A model generated the notes under the pieces. That model saw only the letters and a list, made by a program, of their open reading frames with translations, did no database searches and was not told where the DNA came from. A stretch of 64,000 nt of DNA, from NCBI GenBank assembly GCA_951406725.2, contig OX597821.1, positions 47,058,001 to 47,122,000 on the forward strand, given 5' to 3'. The position numbers and the translations under genes are program-made. The stretch is from Octopus vulgaris (taxonomy: Eukaryota). Positions 13,884 to 28,964 of the stretch are shown one piece after another. Numbering within the stretch: position 1 is the first letter of the stretch; every line of letters begins with the position of its first letter.

Positions 13884-14832
13884 TGACGAAGGAATTTACT
13901 CACAACTAAACAGGTATTCTCGGGATATCCTTGCGCTGGCTGAAGTTAGGTGGACTGGAGTTGGTAATACAACAGATGAAGGCCACAAACTGTGGTACAG
14001 CGAAGATGACACCAAGCATAAACATGCAACGGGTTTCATCGTTAACAAAGCCAAATTAAGTTCAGCCATCAGCTGCATGTCAGTATCCAGCAGGCTAATC
14101 AACACACGTGTGGCTGCAAGAGTACAGAATATTAGCATCATACAAGTCTATGCGCCAACGCTTGAATATGATGAAGATAATGTCGTTGAGGAATTCTATG
14201 AGGACCTGAAGAGAATTACCAAAGCAGCTCCTAATAAAGATATCTTCATTAAAGATATCCTAGGAGACGGGACCTGAGGAAGACGAAGCTAACGTGTTAT
14301 GGTGCAAGTCAGCGGTACAATAGGAAGGTTAAGAAGGAAATGAGGGAAGCCAAAGAGGAATGGATAGAAGACCAGTGTGCAAAATAATCGATAAAGACGG
14401 ACAACCCTCAAAATCCTAAGAAAAACGAAGAAACACACCGCCGATATTTGTCACTGAAGACAAAACAGGCCAGCTCCTCACACGTGAATGATGTCATCAA
14501 AAGATTGTCTGAGTACTGCGACATCTTTTACAATCACAAATTCAAACATGGCAGCGATATTATATCTCCAAGTTCTCTGTTATTGTTAATAACAGAGAAC
14601 TTGGAGATACTCCAAATCTTCCAGGAGTCAAAGAATTAGGACGCATGCTCAAAGATGGTAAATCCCTAGGAGTGGGCAACATCCCAACAGAGGCCCTAAA
14701 ACATGGAAGGCCAAAGCTTATTAAGGCATTAACAGTGCCAGAAGTATGGGAGACAAAGCAGTGACCAAAGGAGTGAAACCAATTACTGCTGATATTCATC
14801 TCCAAGAAAGGCAACTGAAGACTCTGCCGCAA
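13884..14832 (+). mobile_element. RTE-clade LINE, AP endonuclease, linker and RT N-terminus (inverted relative to 13320-13883)
   Basis: DILALAEVRWTG; SSRLI; ISIIQVYAPT; EEFYE; then GKSLGVGNIPTEALK and KKGN..LCRN. Confidence 0.9.
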
Positions 14833-15116
14833 TTTTTTTTTCTATCAGTTAAAGCCACACTACATTTTTCGCAGTAAATATTTTTTAACAAGTTTGTCAC
14901 CAAAACCTTTCTATATATTAATCTATAAGTTTCTTTTAAAATAACAGATATTTTGGTTCAAAGTAGATTTTTTTGCTTTACTTTATGTTCAGTACTAACA
15001 CAATACGTAACTCTTTTTAGTTTTCGAATCAAAAACCTTAAGAATAAGAGCCCAATATACAAAACTAGTAGGTCACGCGTGGGCGGGTTGAGGTGGAGGT
15101 GGTGTGCGTTCGTATC

Positions 15117-15295
15117 GCTTATTCTTTTACTTGTTCAGTCATTTGACTGCAGCGCCTTGAAGACTTTTAGTCAAACGAATCGATCCCAGTACTTGTTTAG
15201 TTTCCTTTTCTTGCCTGCTACTTGTTCTATCGATACCTGTTGCCGAACTACTAAGTTACGGGGAGATAAACAGACAAACGCCGATTGCCAAACGT
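15117..15295 (-). mobile_element. SINE family A, 3' half, decayed
   Basis: TTCTTTTACTTGTTCAGTCATTTGACTGC...CTAAGTTACGGG. Confidence 0.75.
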
Positions 15296-15298
15296 GTG

Positions 15299-15345
<47 letters not shown>

Positions 15346-15366
15346 GTATGTATGTATATATATATA

Positions 15367-15414
<48 letters not shown>

Positions 15415-15556
15415 TATACAACTTATAAATAAGGGCAAACGAAAAATTTTCTAATGTCAAATATACCGAAAAATTGGACATACTGTCCATTACCATATAA
15501 TTTTTCACAATACGCACGCTACTTTTTTTTTTTTTCGAAAAAATTTTATCCTACAT

Positions 15557-15606
<50 letters not shown>

Positions 15607-16072
15607 TACATATATATATATGTATATATATATGTATATATTATATATATATGTATGTATGCATATTTTTTATATAAACAGACATATATTACACCTTCAC
15701 CTATGGCTACGTAATATTTATGTGTATGTACAGCCCTCAAGCATTTGCGTGTGCGCTCGCGCGTGTGTGTGCAGGGAGAGAAAACAAAGATAAGTATTTA
15801 GATATAATTATACACAAGTTTATATGTAAATAATTACGTACATGATGTATATATAAACATTATGTGTGTTTATATATATATGTATATATACATGTATGTA
15901 TGCATATATATATATATATATATGCATACATATATACATATATATATATATGCATATATACATACATATATATATGCATATATACATACATATATATATA
16001 CATACATATAGACATATATATATATATGCATATATACATATATATATATACAAATATATATATATATATTTA

Positions 16073-16131
<59 letters not shown>

Positions 16132-16558
16132 GCATATATATATATGTAACGTGAGTCACAATAAAACCCTTTTTACTAATTAGGTATACCATATAGCAAA
16201 CGCCCTACACCACCTTACTTCTCTCCCTAGTCATAGCAGCGGAAGGTTTTGAACTCTATATTACACTGCCACCAATTAAAATGCATATATTAGTTCAGAC
16301 ACAGGCTTCAGTTTTTGCATGCTTGCACAATCATATCTAATGAAGACTTATATTAAAATCATCGTGCTTAATTATATGTGCCTTATACTGCACATTACGC
16401 ACAAATAACTGTTTGCATGTGTGCATGCATCTGTATAGGCGTAGACATGTATACGCAGACAAATACCCACGCACACACATAAATATACATATGTATGTGC
16501 ACATATGCACATATATACACACAGACATGCACATATACACTTATATATACATATATCC

Positions 16559-16684
<126 letters not shown>

Positions 16685-17101
16685 TATGCAGAGATAGGGA
16701 AAGATATCTGTACTGTGTGGTTTTGTGTCCCCACCGGTGAGGGAGTATTTACGGCCTCGCAACATAGCCATACGGGAAAAAGACCTATAGAGCACCTGTG
16801 AGACATATAAAATATGAGTACTTTGGTTGATTGTTCACCTAAAATTATTCGAGGCAGTGCCCCAGCGTGGTCGCAGTCTAATAACTTGAACAAGTAAAAG
16901 ATAGAAAACATGTGTGTGTTTGTGGGGGTGGGGTTTGTTAGTGTGTGTATGTGTGTGTGCAAAAATATAATCAAGTTCAGTGAGTGCTAATGCACGAAAA
17001 TCCAGTCACTCATTATTGCTTCTGCATAATATTGAATGCGTGCGTGCGTGCGTGTGTGTGTGTGTGTGTGCATATATAACCGAAAGGTAATATATTGCGA
17101 A

Positions 17102-17335
17102 AAAAGGCGGCGAGCTGGCAGACACGTTAGCGCGCCGGGCGAAATGCCTAGCCGTATTTCGTCTGCCGCTACGTTCTGAGTTCAAATTCCGCCGAGGTCG
17201 ACTTTGCCTTTCATCCTTTCGGGGTCGATAAATTAAGTACCAGTTACGCACTGGGGTCGATGTAATCGACTTAATACCTACGTCTGTCTTTGTTTGTCCC
17301 CTCTGTGTTTAGCCCCTTGTGGGTAGTAAGGAAAT
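17102..17335 (+). mobile_element. SINE family B (AAGGCGGCGAGCTGGCAGA head), full length, with 30-bp TSD
   Basis: B-box GAGTTCAAATTCC; central GTCGACTTTGCCTTTCATCCTTTCGGGGTCGATAAA; flanking direct repeats at 17072-17101 and 17336-17365. Confidence 0.9.
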
Positions 17336-17380
17336 ATATATAACCGAAAGGTTATATATTGTGAATAAGCCACCCTTACT

Positions 17381-17591
17381 ATTCTTTTATTCTTTTACTT
17401 GTTTCAGTCATTTGGCTGCGGCCATGCTCGAGCACCGCCTTTGATCGACTCCAGGACTTATTCTTTGTAAGCCCAGTACTTATTGTATCGGTCACTTTTG
17501 CCGAAACGCTAAGTTACGGGGATTGGAAGCACACCAACACCGGTTGTCAAGTGATAGTAGTGGTACAAACACACCCTCACACACACGCGCG

Positions 17592-17622
<31 letters not shown>

Positions 17623-17805
17623 GAACACACACATACATATACATGCGACGAGCTTCTTTTAGCTTCTGTCTACCAAACCCACTCACAAGGCGTTGGTCAG
17701 CCCGAGTCTATAGTAGAAGACATTTGATCAAGGTATCTCGCAGTAGGACTGAACCCGGAACCATGTGGTTGGGAAGCAAGCTTCTTACCACATTGCCACT
17801 CCTGC
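17381..17805 (-). mobile_element. SINE family A, full length
   Basis: Reverse complement of the 6960-7368 type, with internal (CA)n. Confidence 0.9.
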
Positions 17806-18146
17806 TATAATGCTATATTTGCCAATTAAACACACACTCTATCTACTTGGTCTTCATTTCAGCTTTATTATCATTCTTATTTTAATGTACTTTGTATGGG
17901 AATCTTTTGTTCACAGAGTGGACTAAACAGAACAGGAGGAGACACGTTCTATGGAGAGTGGCTGAAGAGATCACAGGATGTGCGTCGAAAGATTTCCGGA
18001 CAAAGGACACTAAAATAACCATTACAATAAAGCTTAAGTGAAGACCAGGTAGAAAGTGCATGTTGTTAATTGGCAAAAATTATTACCATCCCCAAATATA
18101 ACAATATCTGTTTCAACGTACAAGTATCTTACAAAAAAAATACATA

Positions 18147-18305
18147 CAGGTGTGGCTGTGTGGTAAGCAGCTTGCTAACCAACCACATGGTTGCGGGTTC
18201 AGTCCCACTGTGTGGCATCTTGGGCAAGTGCCTTCTGCTATAGCCCCGGGCCGACCAATGCCTTGTGAGTGGATTTGGTAGACGGAAACTGAAAGAAGCC
18301 TGTCG

Positions 18306-18344
<39 letters not shown>

Positions 18345-18545
18345 CTGTGTTTGTCCCCCTAGCATTGCTTGACAACCAATGCTGGTGTGTTTACATCCCC
18401 GTCACTTAGCGGTTCGGCAAAAGAGACCGATAGAATAAGTACTGGGCTTACAAAGAATAAGTCCCGGGGTCGAGTTGCTCGACTAAGGTCGGTGCTCCAG
18501 CATGGCCGCAGTCAAATGACTGAAACAAGTAAAAGAGTAAAATAG
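18147..18545 (+). mobile_element. SINE family A, full length
   Basis: Same head, CORE-like box and tail as the other copies. Confidence 0.9.
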
Positions 18546-18779
18546 TATACATTGATCCATATATAATAAACTACAACAGAAACGTCGCACTGTAAACATG
18601 AGATTATATAGATTGTTTCACATTTGTAGGTAATTGGACACCAGGGAGATGTCACTGATCCACAGCACTATTTCCTTTTCAAAACACAAGGACTGCGTGT
18701 AGGGTTCGAACTCACATTTTCGTGAACATGGTAATGCTAGCGAATGCATCTTTATGAAAAGCATGATGCACGTGCACAA

Positions 18780-19676
18780 TTCGCCGCCGGCTGAGATTTT
18801 CAATCTGTTTTGTCGATGTCTGGCTAGGGGCTTCCATCCTCATAGATCGTCATTAACGGGCACGTCTGCAGTGGGCTCAAAATGTCAGAACTGGCGATAT
18901 CAATAGTGGAGGGCTGTAGTCTTCTCTAACAAGAGTCGATATTACATTTCTGTGGCTGATAGCAGAGTTAGGATTTGGAAAAGAACGGGTGAACATCAGG
19001 CTAATGGCCGTGTGGTGGTGGAGAGAGGCTCATGGGGAGGCAAAATCATCATAGCAGGGGCGAGGAAACTAGGACCGGTGGTCTTCCAAAACATCGGCCA
19101 AGGCCGGGCCAATGGAATAACCGCAGCTCGCCAAATCGACCAAGTGTTGAGACATCGCATTGTGTCATACTTTCCCGTCATCGGAATCATGAGTTCCAAC
19201 ACGACAACGCCCGTGCCCATACTGCCAGTTTGACAACACATTTCCTCCAACAGCACAACATCCAGAAACTGCCGCGGCATGTCCTAAGACCGGACCGTAG
19301 AGCACCTGTGGGACGAAATCCGAAGAAGGCAAAATGACATCCGTCCAACTTCGGTAAAGCTCATTGCAAGTTATAACAACGTGTAATGCTATCCCCATGA
19401 CCTTCATCAAACGCTTTGGTTGCATTCAATGTACAGAAGATGCCTGGCGGTAATCAACTCCAACGGTGGTCACACCACATATTGAGACTATCTATTTGGA
19501 TCAAGGGCACTCCGTCATCAGGTGATACCATGTGACGTCAACCTTGTTTCAGGAAATGATGTTTTATGATTAAGAAAGAACGGTTTCTTAATCTGCACTC
19601 TTCAATGAATGCTGTGTCAGTCTATTAAGCCGGTTTCTTTTTAGTATATGTACGACGTTTCTTTTGTGGCTCAGTT
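18780..19676 (+). mobile_element. Decayed Tc1-family DNA transposon (3' two-thirds, with right end)
   Basis: RARLQWA; ADSRVRIWKRTGE; FQHDNARAHTA; EHLWDEI; MYRRCLAVINSNGGHTTY*; terminal CTTTTGTGGCTCAG. Confidence 0.85.
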
Positions 19677-19864
19677 TTATATATATATATATATATATTT
19701 ATAATCATAAAAAATCCTTTTGCACAAGTTTTTACCGATAGTGGGGTTTTGTCCATACCGAAACTACTTGGTAAAATTTATTAATTATTAAATTAATAAT
19801 TCTTTACCCTATACCTGTAATGATTATATATATATATATACATGTGTGCGTGTGTGTGTGTGTA

Positions 19865-19909
<45 letters not shown>

Positions 19910-20053
19910 ATATATATCTATATTAGACGTAAGACAAGAATTCCACTGCATGCTATTATTCATTTGATATATATATATATATATATATATCTTTTATCTC
20001 TTACTTTCTCCAATCATCATTAGACTGCGACCATGGTTGGACACCGTCTCCCC

Positions 20054-20145
<92 letters not shown>

Positions 20146-20315
20146 AAGAATATGAATATAATTAAGGACGCTGAAAATATATGTCAAATGTAGAAGCCAC
20201 TCAAAATTTATTCTCCATTTTATTACAACCCAAGGCCGAATGTGAGGTAAGGATATATCGGTATACACACACTCACACAATATATTTATATATGTATATA
20301 CATATCGGTAATGGC

Positions 20316-20393
<78 letters not shown>

Positions 20394-20450
20394 GTATATG
20401 TGTATGTATGTATGTATGTATGTATGTATGTATGTATGTATGTATGAATG

Positions 20451-20482
<32 letters not shown>

Positions 20483-20707
20483 CATGTATGTATGTATATA
20501 TATATATGTATATATATGTATGTATCTTTAGATAGATAGATATAGATCTATATAAACTTATGTCTATCAATCTGTCTCCCAATTCATATGTGTGTGTGGT
20601 TGTGTGTGTATGTGTATGTACAGAGAGAGAGAGTGAGAGAGAGAAAAAGAGGCAGAGGGAAATGTAGATAGTCCACCAGCGAAATAGGCATACAAAAACA
20701 TGCTAAC

Positions 20708-20760
<53 letters not shown>

Positions 20761-21139
20761 ACAACGCATGCGTCATTCCTCTGCAGTACACGCGTTTTTA
20801 TATATCTCTACAGACTTATCAATATATGCATGTATATTGTGTGCATATCTTTTTCGTTAGCCCTTACGCTCATATTCTATGCATGCATTATAATCAATAT
20901 ATACATACAAATTATGTGTGTATATGTATGTGTATTTTTATGTATGTAAGCTACGTGTGTGTGTGTGTGCGAGAGAGAGAGAGAGTGTGCGCGTGCATTA
21001 TACATATACACATTCAAGTGTCTGCAGACAATAACTGAAACGGCTGAAACTACTTTTATATATATATATATATATATATATAGGACCCGGGTTGAGTCGG
21101 GGTTAACCACAGTAAATAAGGTATTCAATATATATATAC

Positions 21140-21188
<49 letters not shown>

Positions 21189-21653
21189 CATATATATATA
21201 TGCATATATATCTATGTATGCATATTTATATAAATATATATAAATATATTTAAATATAGACTTACATATATATATGCATATATATATACATACATACATA
21301 TAAATATATATATATACATACATACATATAAATATATATATATACATACATACATATATATACGCGCGCGCGCACACACACACACAGAGGATCACACATT
21401 TATATGATATTAATAAATACGTATATAGATTAATGCGCACCGACAAGCAACCGTTGTTGATATGTGCACACCGAAATGTAAAAATACACGCATAAATCTA
21501 AGGAACTGAGCGTAAAACAGACATATAACGAACGGTAGATTTAAAGAACATACTTCTGAATATATATTCCTCCATTACAGAAAAATATATATACGCGTAT
21601 GTGCCGCCTCTGTACGTCTTTGTGTGTGTGTGTTTGTGTGTGCGTGTGTGTGC

Positions 21654-21721
<68 letters not shown>

Positions 21722-21980
21722 TGTGTGTGTGTGTGTTACATAGATATATATACATAGATCGGCGGCAACTAGATACGCCGACAGTAGTAAACACATACGA
21801 ATCTATAGATAGCTGTATTAGACAGAATGTCTGTCTGCCTTGTATTTTGTTACATGTACAAATTCATAAGTGTATTTGTGCATATATGCAAATGCAAGCA
21901 TATCATTGCATTCACGAACATGCACAAATACCTTGTTGTGTTTATACATATACCGAAACGCAAGCTACACAGACACGTTG

Positions 21981-22402
<422 letters not shown>

Positions 22403-22822
22403 TAAACCTGAGGCTTTAGATTTATACATTACACATGGAACACAATCATAGATACATATCTTTATTTATATAAATATACATACATACACACATGCATACA
22501 TGCACACGTACATACATATACACATACATACACAAGAACACCTACACTCACACAAAAACGTGCATACATATATGAGCTCGTTCGTGTGTCTGTCTTTGTG
22601 TGTGTCTTCGTATGTGCGCGCGTGTTTGTGTGCGTGGGTGTGAGTGGGTGGGTGGGTGTGTATGTCTGCGCAGTTTGTCACACATACACAAACATACCGG
22701 TTTTTACTATCACATGCATGAGATAGAACAATGCCTTGAAGCAAATGAGTGCATAGTGTGAGAACAGTTTGTGCAACCATGCACACACATTTATCTGTAT
22801 TCAGACGAACAGAAGTACGTAG

Positions 22823-22915
<93 letters not shown>

Positions 22916-23504
22916 GGTAGCAATACATACAGAACATTGCTCTCTCAGACGAACGACTGTAGACGTAGAATGTGACGTTCATATATCGATCATTTCGCAT
23001 ATTTTTGTATTCTACAGTTCACCTAATACAACAAACAGAGAAGCGCCTTTGCACACACACACACACACTGAAACACACACTGACACACACTGACACACAC
23101 TGACACACACTCACACACACATACACTGACACACGCACACACATACACACATACACACACGCACACTGCTGCGCGCACACACACGCACACACTGCCACAA
23201 TCACCTGAAAATGTTACCATGTACATTTCCTGTGTTAATATTCATGTGTGTGTATATGTGTGTGTGTGTGTGTTTGTATATGTGTGGTTATATATATGTT
23301 TGTAGATGTTTGTGTGTGTATATATACATTTATATATATTTACACACACACATTTATATATATAAACATAAATACATACATATACACATACATATACACA
23401 TACATATATACATACATACATACACACATACATACATACATACATATATACACACATACATACATACATACATACATACATACATACATACATACATACA
23501 TACA

Positions 23505-23536
<32 letters not shown>

Positions 23537-23545
23537 CATACATAC

Positions 23546-23604
<59 letters not shown>

Positions 23605-23606
<2 letters not shown>

Positions 23607-23825
23607 TGGGAGGATGCTGAATAGTTCGACGTTTTCGGTAAAAGAAAATACAAGAGGGTCAGTTAGTTACGATTTTATTTAGCATATTCCCCTCTAAGAT
23701 TCAGACACTTATTGCAGCGGTCTTTCTGCTTTTCCAAGCCCTGTAAAAGAACTCGGAAAATTGGACCTGCAACCAGGCCTCTCGCAACACCCATTAAGCC
23801 AGGAAATTTCCCGCACACGCTCATA
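23605..23825. mobile_element. Mariner-derived MITE (~220 bp), decayed
   Basis: Homologous to 34523-34745; degenerate TIRs. Confidence 0.75.
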
Positions 23826-23990
23826 CATATATACGGTGAATGATATCAATGTGTGAGCGTGTGTCAATGTGTGTGTCAGTGTGTGTGTATGAAAGTATAG
23901 ATACTTATAATACTTATCTGATTACAAACGCATAACTGGAAACCCACAAACGCATATACCCATTATACCCATACGTTTGCATATGTCTGT

Positions 23991-24054
<64 letters not shown>

Positions 24055-24797
24055 TGTGTGTGTCAGTGTGTGTGTGGCCGCGCGCACGCGCGAATGCGAG
24101 ACTGTGTGTATGAAACGCAAAAGATGTCCCTACACTATGAGGCGGTCAGTCTTTCGCATTTCTTTCCTCCGACCATAAAATGTGTCTCAATATTCAATTA
24201 ATCGCATTACACACATACACACACATGCACACAGATACACACGCACACACACGTACACTCATACACACAAGCACACACGCACGCACATGCACTCACACAC
24301 ACACAAGCAGCACACATGCACACATGCCTACATAAAGATGCTCACGCAAGCAAAAATGTGTAAACACACACAATGACGTATTCATACATTTACATATGTG
24401 TGTTTGGGTGTGTATATTTGTGTGTGTATGTATATATATATATATCTATAAATCAAGGTGTGAATGTCTTTGTGCTTGTGTTTTCCCCCCTTTACTGCTC
24501 GACAACCGATGCTGGTGTGTTTACAGACCCGTAACTTACTAAAAGAAAGCTACATGTTTTAAACTTAGTACTTATTTCTAAGTTACATAGACAACCATAC
24601 ACTCACATGCATATATACGTCTGTATAATATGTACGTCGAGGTGTTTTCAGTTTCTGAGTACCAAAGCCATCCACAAGACTTTGGTCGGGATGAGACTAT
24701 AGTACAAGACACTGGTCTAATTCTCATGCAGTTTAACAGACCTCGAAACATTTTTTTAGGAAACGAACTTCTTGCGAAGCAGACACATCTGCACCTT

Positions 24798-24872
<75 letters not shown>

Positions 24873-24988
24873 TGTATGTATGTATGTATATATAATTAAA
24901 GTTAAAATCTATATAGGAGTTCATCAAATAGCTAACACGTAAGAATCATTTAGGTAAGGATTAATACAAAGTATTTAATTATACAGAT

Positions 24989-25264
24989 ATAATTAAGAAC
25001 AACAACTGAGTAGCGCCACATGCTAGAAGAATACGCCAAATGGCTCTTAAACTACCTTATTTATCACATAGACACGGGCTGAAGGGACAGTAAGGGGTAT
25101 TATATTCCTAAACCAGAGGTCGATCTATGGCTAAACTTATTAAACATTTTGTTTTTTGTTCATTCCCTTGCTTTCAGCCCGTATCTGTGTGATAAATAAG
25201 GTAATGCTTGAGCCATTTGACGTCTTCTAGTATGTGACGTTGCTCTGTAGTTGCCCTTATTATA
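24989..25264. repeat. Imperfect inverted repeat (arms ~98 bp, spacer ~80 bp)
   Basis: TACCTTATTTATCACATAGACACGGGCTGAA vs TTCAGCCCGTATCTGTGTGATAAATAAGGTA; CAAATGGCTC/GAGCCATTTG. Confidence 0.85.
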
Positions 25265-25280
25265 ATTATAATTATAATTA

Positions 25281-25340
<60 letters not shown>

Positions 25341-25379
25341 CATAGACGGTGTAAAACTCTGCTGTCTATCTTTTCTATC

Positions 25380-25447
<68 letters not shown>

Positions 25448-26026
25448 AGGAGTGCAGTATCATAATTCCCATGGTGAATGGAATATCCAAACTTACGGAA
25501 AGATCATTCTTTAAATTTGACAAGAGGGATATAAAGGATAAACTGCTTTAGACTTGTTTTAAGTGATACAAATGCAAAATTTTGCTGGCTGTCTTCCATT
25601 TCCCTCTTTGATAACTTAACCCCGAAGCCAGAGAGACCATGTCTGAAATTATGGATATTTGCCTGTATGCATCAAATACCTCGCTATAGTCTTTCACCAG
25701 CTTTTCCGATATAATACACATCACACCAACGGAAACCGGCACAGACACCTAGAATTCTGTTTTATTCATACAAACACGTGCACACACGTACACATGTGTG
25801 TGTGTGCGCGTGCGTGCGCGTGTCTGTTGTGTGTGTACATGTGTGTATATTTACAAATGAAGAGATACATACATATACTTATCCATATACCTATATACAT
25901 ATATATAGATATGTGTGTGTGTGTGTGTGTGCGTGTATAAATATACATGTACACATACATACATTTATGCATGCATACATATATATATACTTACATGCAT
26001 ACATACTATATATATATATATTTATA

Positions 26027-26069
<43 letters not shown>

Positions 26070-26400
26070 AAGTCACAAACAAGGCAATAAGCCACTTAGT
26101 GTAAGAAATTGTGAAGAAAGAGAAATCAAGACGAAAGACTTGGAAGGGGGAAAACAATGAGATAGAAGACAGTTCCAAAGTCTGGCTGTTCGAGGGAAAA
26201 GGCTACGGCTGTAGAAAGACTTCTTTATTCGTGGACGTACAACAGTATTTGGATGGAGACACCATGAGCTTCAAATCAGGCTAGATGGTAAAACTTAATC
26301 TGGAACTAAGAGCGAAAGTTCATCAGAGCACTTCCTGTGGCCTCGCCAATAGAAAAAGACCGACGACGTGAAGTCAATGCGAAAAGGTTTGTAGAATTGA

Positions 26401-26435
<35 letters not shown>

Positions 26436-26900
26436 AGTCAAATTAAAGACTCGCTGCTAAACCCGGTCTAGAAGATCTGAGTGAGAAGATGGTGCATCTG
26501 CCCAGATATGACAAAAGTATTCCATACTAGAACGAACTGTGGACTTGTAAAGATATTAAATAACCTCGAATGAGAAGTAGTCCTTTGAATTATATAATGA
26601 TTTCACCTTAAGAGGAACAAACCTACCAATTGATTGTATGTAAGAAAGCCGAAACATATCTGGCGAGAGTAAGACCAAGCAATTTTTAAAACTGTAATAA
26701 TTCATTTCTATAACTCATGCAAACGGGATGAAGATAGGGACCCCGCTTCATATTGAAAGATAAGAGTTTGGTCTTGCCAGTGTTAAAAGTTACTGGCCGT
26801 TTCACGCCTTATCTCTTAACAGCCTGCAGATCTACTACAAGACTGGCCATTCAGCCGTATGGGTAACACCTCGAGTAAAGCTGCACAGAATTATCAACCT
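26070..26900 (-). mobile_element. 3' fragment of an L2/CR1-group LINE ORF2, interrupted by (GA)n
   Basis: LYKSTVRSSMEYFCHIWADAP; KCSDELSLLVP; FYSRSLFPRTARLWNCL. Confidence 0.8.
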
Positions 26901-27223
26901 TTAGATCTGAATGTGTTGCAATTGATTCAATATAAATCAACTAAATGCACATATCTGCTATATCAAAGGACAGTAAAACACTTACCCAGCAGAAACACGT
27001 GTCGGAATTGAATATGAAGAAAATACGTTAATAAATAAAATATGAAGATCTATAATTTCCCATTCTTCATTATGATGTCTTGATTATGCTGCATGAAATT
27101 CAATGTAGTGAACTTAGGATTTACCTATCAAAAGAAATACAGTTTAATTGTTTATTTTAAAGGGTTTTCAATGCTACTGTCATTTGATGAGGTTAGCCAA
27201 ATCGGGATTATATCAGAATGCTC

Positions 27224-27315
<92 letters not shown>

Positions 27316-27324
27316 ATATCTATA

Positions 27325-27452
27325 TACGACGGGCTCCTTTCAGTTTCCGTCTACCAAGTCCACTCACAAGGCTTTGGTCGGCCAGAGCTATAGGAGAAGA
27401 AACTTGCCCAGGCTGCCATGCAGTGGGACTGAAACTGGAACCATGTGGCTGG
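27325..27452 (-). mobile_element. SINE family A, partial
   Basis: GACGGGCTCCTTTCAGTTTCCGTCTACCAAG...CAGTGGGACTGAA. Confidence 0.8.
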
Positions 27453-28088
27453 TTTCATTATAGATACGGTTATAGGACGTTCCGGTTGGTTGGTTCTCTT
27501 AAAGCGAATACAACGAAAATACCCTTTAAGAGAATCAACAAACAGGAACGACCCATAACCGTACCCTCTAGGAAATCAACCTAGCAGAACGACAAGCTTG
27601 ACCACGGAAGAAAAACGTCATCAATTTTTTAACGAATCAAAATCAGATCTGCTCGCAGGAAAAAAAATTATAAATACATCTTTCCCTAAACATACCATTA
27701 CAAGCGAAAGCGACTGTTTAAAGAAGATCTGAGAAACCGTAAACCAAATTTCCTTTTTCTTTTTTTTTTAATATTCTCACACTTGTTTTTTTCTCAGTAT
27801 GACTTGTCGATCACCACTGAAATTAATGAACCTTGTACATTCTAACAAATTAGTATACAGTTTTAATTTCAAACTTACACCTTCTGTTTTGAACATGATA
27901 ATTTATCAACATTGAAACATTTTGATTTGTCAACGTTGAAACTTATAACGATGTTTTTTCTAATTTTACACTTTTACTATTGATAAACAAAAAATATTGT
28001 CGAAAATAGTTTGGCATATATGTAAATAAATGTATTTTAAACATTTACGAGCCTTTGAAATTTAAGTGCACTTTCAACAACACATTTT

Positions 28089-28154
<66 letters not shown>

Positions 28155-28157
<3 letters not shown>

Positions 28158-28732
28158 AAAATACAAAAAGGGACAGGAACGCAAAACACCCAGACAGACG
28201 ATACAAAGAAAACAAGGACGGGTCATTCGGAGTTTTCTAGCCTCACACGAGTTCCAGATTACCTTTGCAATTTCGGCTGGTTATACTCGAGATTGTTCCA
28301 ATTTACCCAGCCCCAAGGAAAAACTAAGCTAAGAGCATTAGATTCCTTGGAAGAAAACAGCGAATATATACGAAAACAAGGACGGAAAAAACGGAGGAAT
28401 GTTACACAAATACAAATGCAATTAACAGAATATGACAACAGGTGTCTTTCGACAAAGGACGAATTAGATTAAGCTGGCGTGTGTGGAAGTAAAGACTTAC
28501 GGCAGGGACATAAGATTAGACAGGCACAGGGTAGAATATAAATGTTGCACGGATGGTAGTCGAACCAAGAAAGAAAGGTCAGGCTTGGCCGAACAATTAT
28601 TTAATTTGATTTTCGCGGGAAGGAAAGTTTTATTGAAGTCATGTATCACCTTGACCTTCGAAACGTGGAGTAGATGAAACTAAGGTGACTGAAGAATTTG
28701 CTTGTTTTGTATGTCCTGTACTCTATTTGTAC
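28155..28732. mobile_element. Non-coding element with short imperfect terminal inverted repeats between (TA)n tracts, probably Penelope-terminus-derived
   Basis: TACAAAAAGGGACAGGAACGCAAAACA (from ~28162) vs reverse complement of TGTTTTGTATGTCCTGTACTCTATTTGTA (ending ~28731). Confidence 0.5.
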
Positions 28733-28964
28733 ATATATGTATGTATATATGCATATGTTTTATTTATTAATTTATTATATATATATATATATATATATAC
28801 ATTCATAAAGATTATATATATATATATATATAGGTTAGTCGTCGGCTATTCCATCAGATCTGATGGCGTAATCGACGACTAACGGAATGTAACCAAACAT
28901 TTTCTTCCTTTCTTTCCTTTCTCTCTTTCTCTTGCAGGCCTTGAAACTAATGATCTATTTACTT

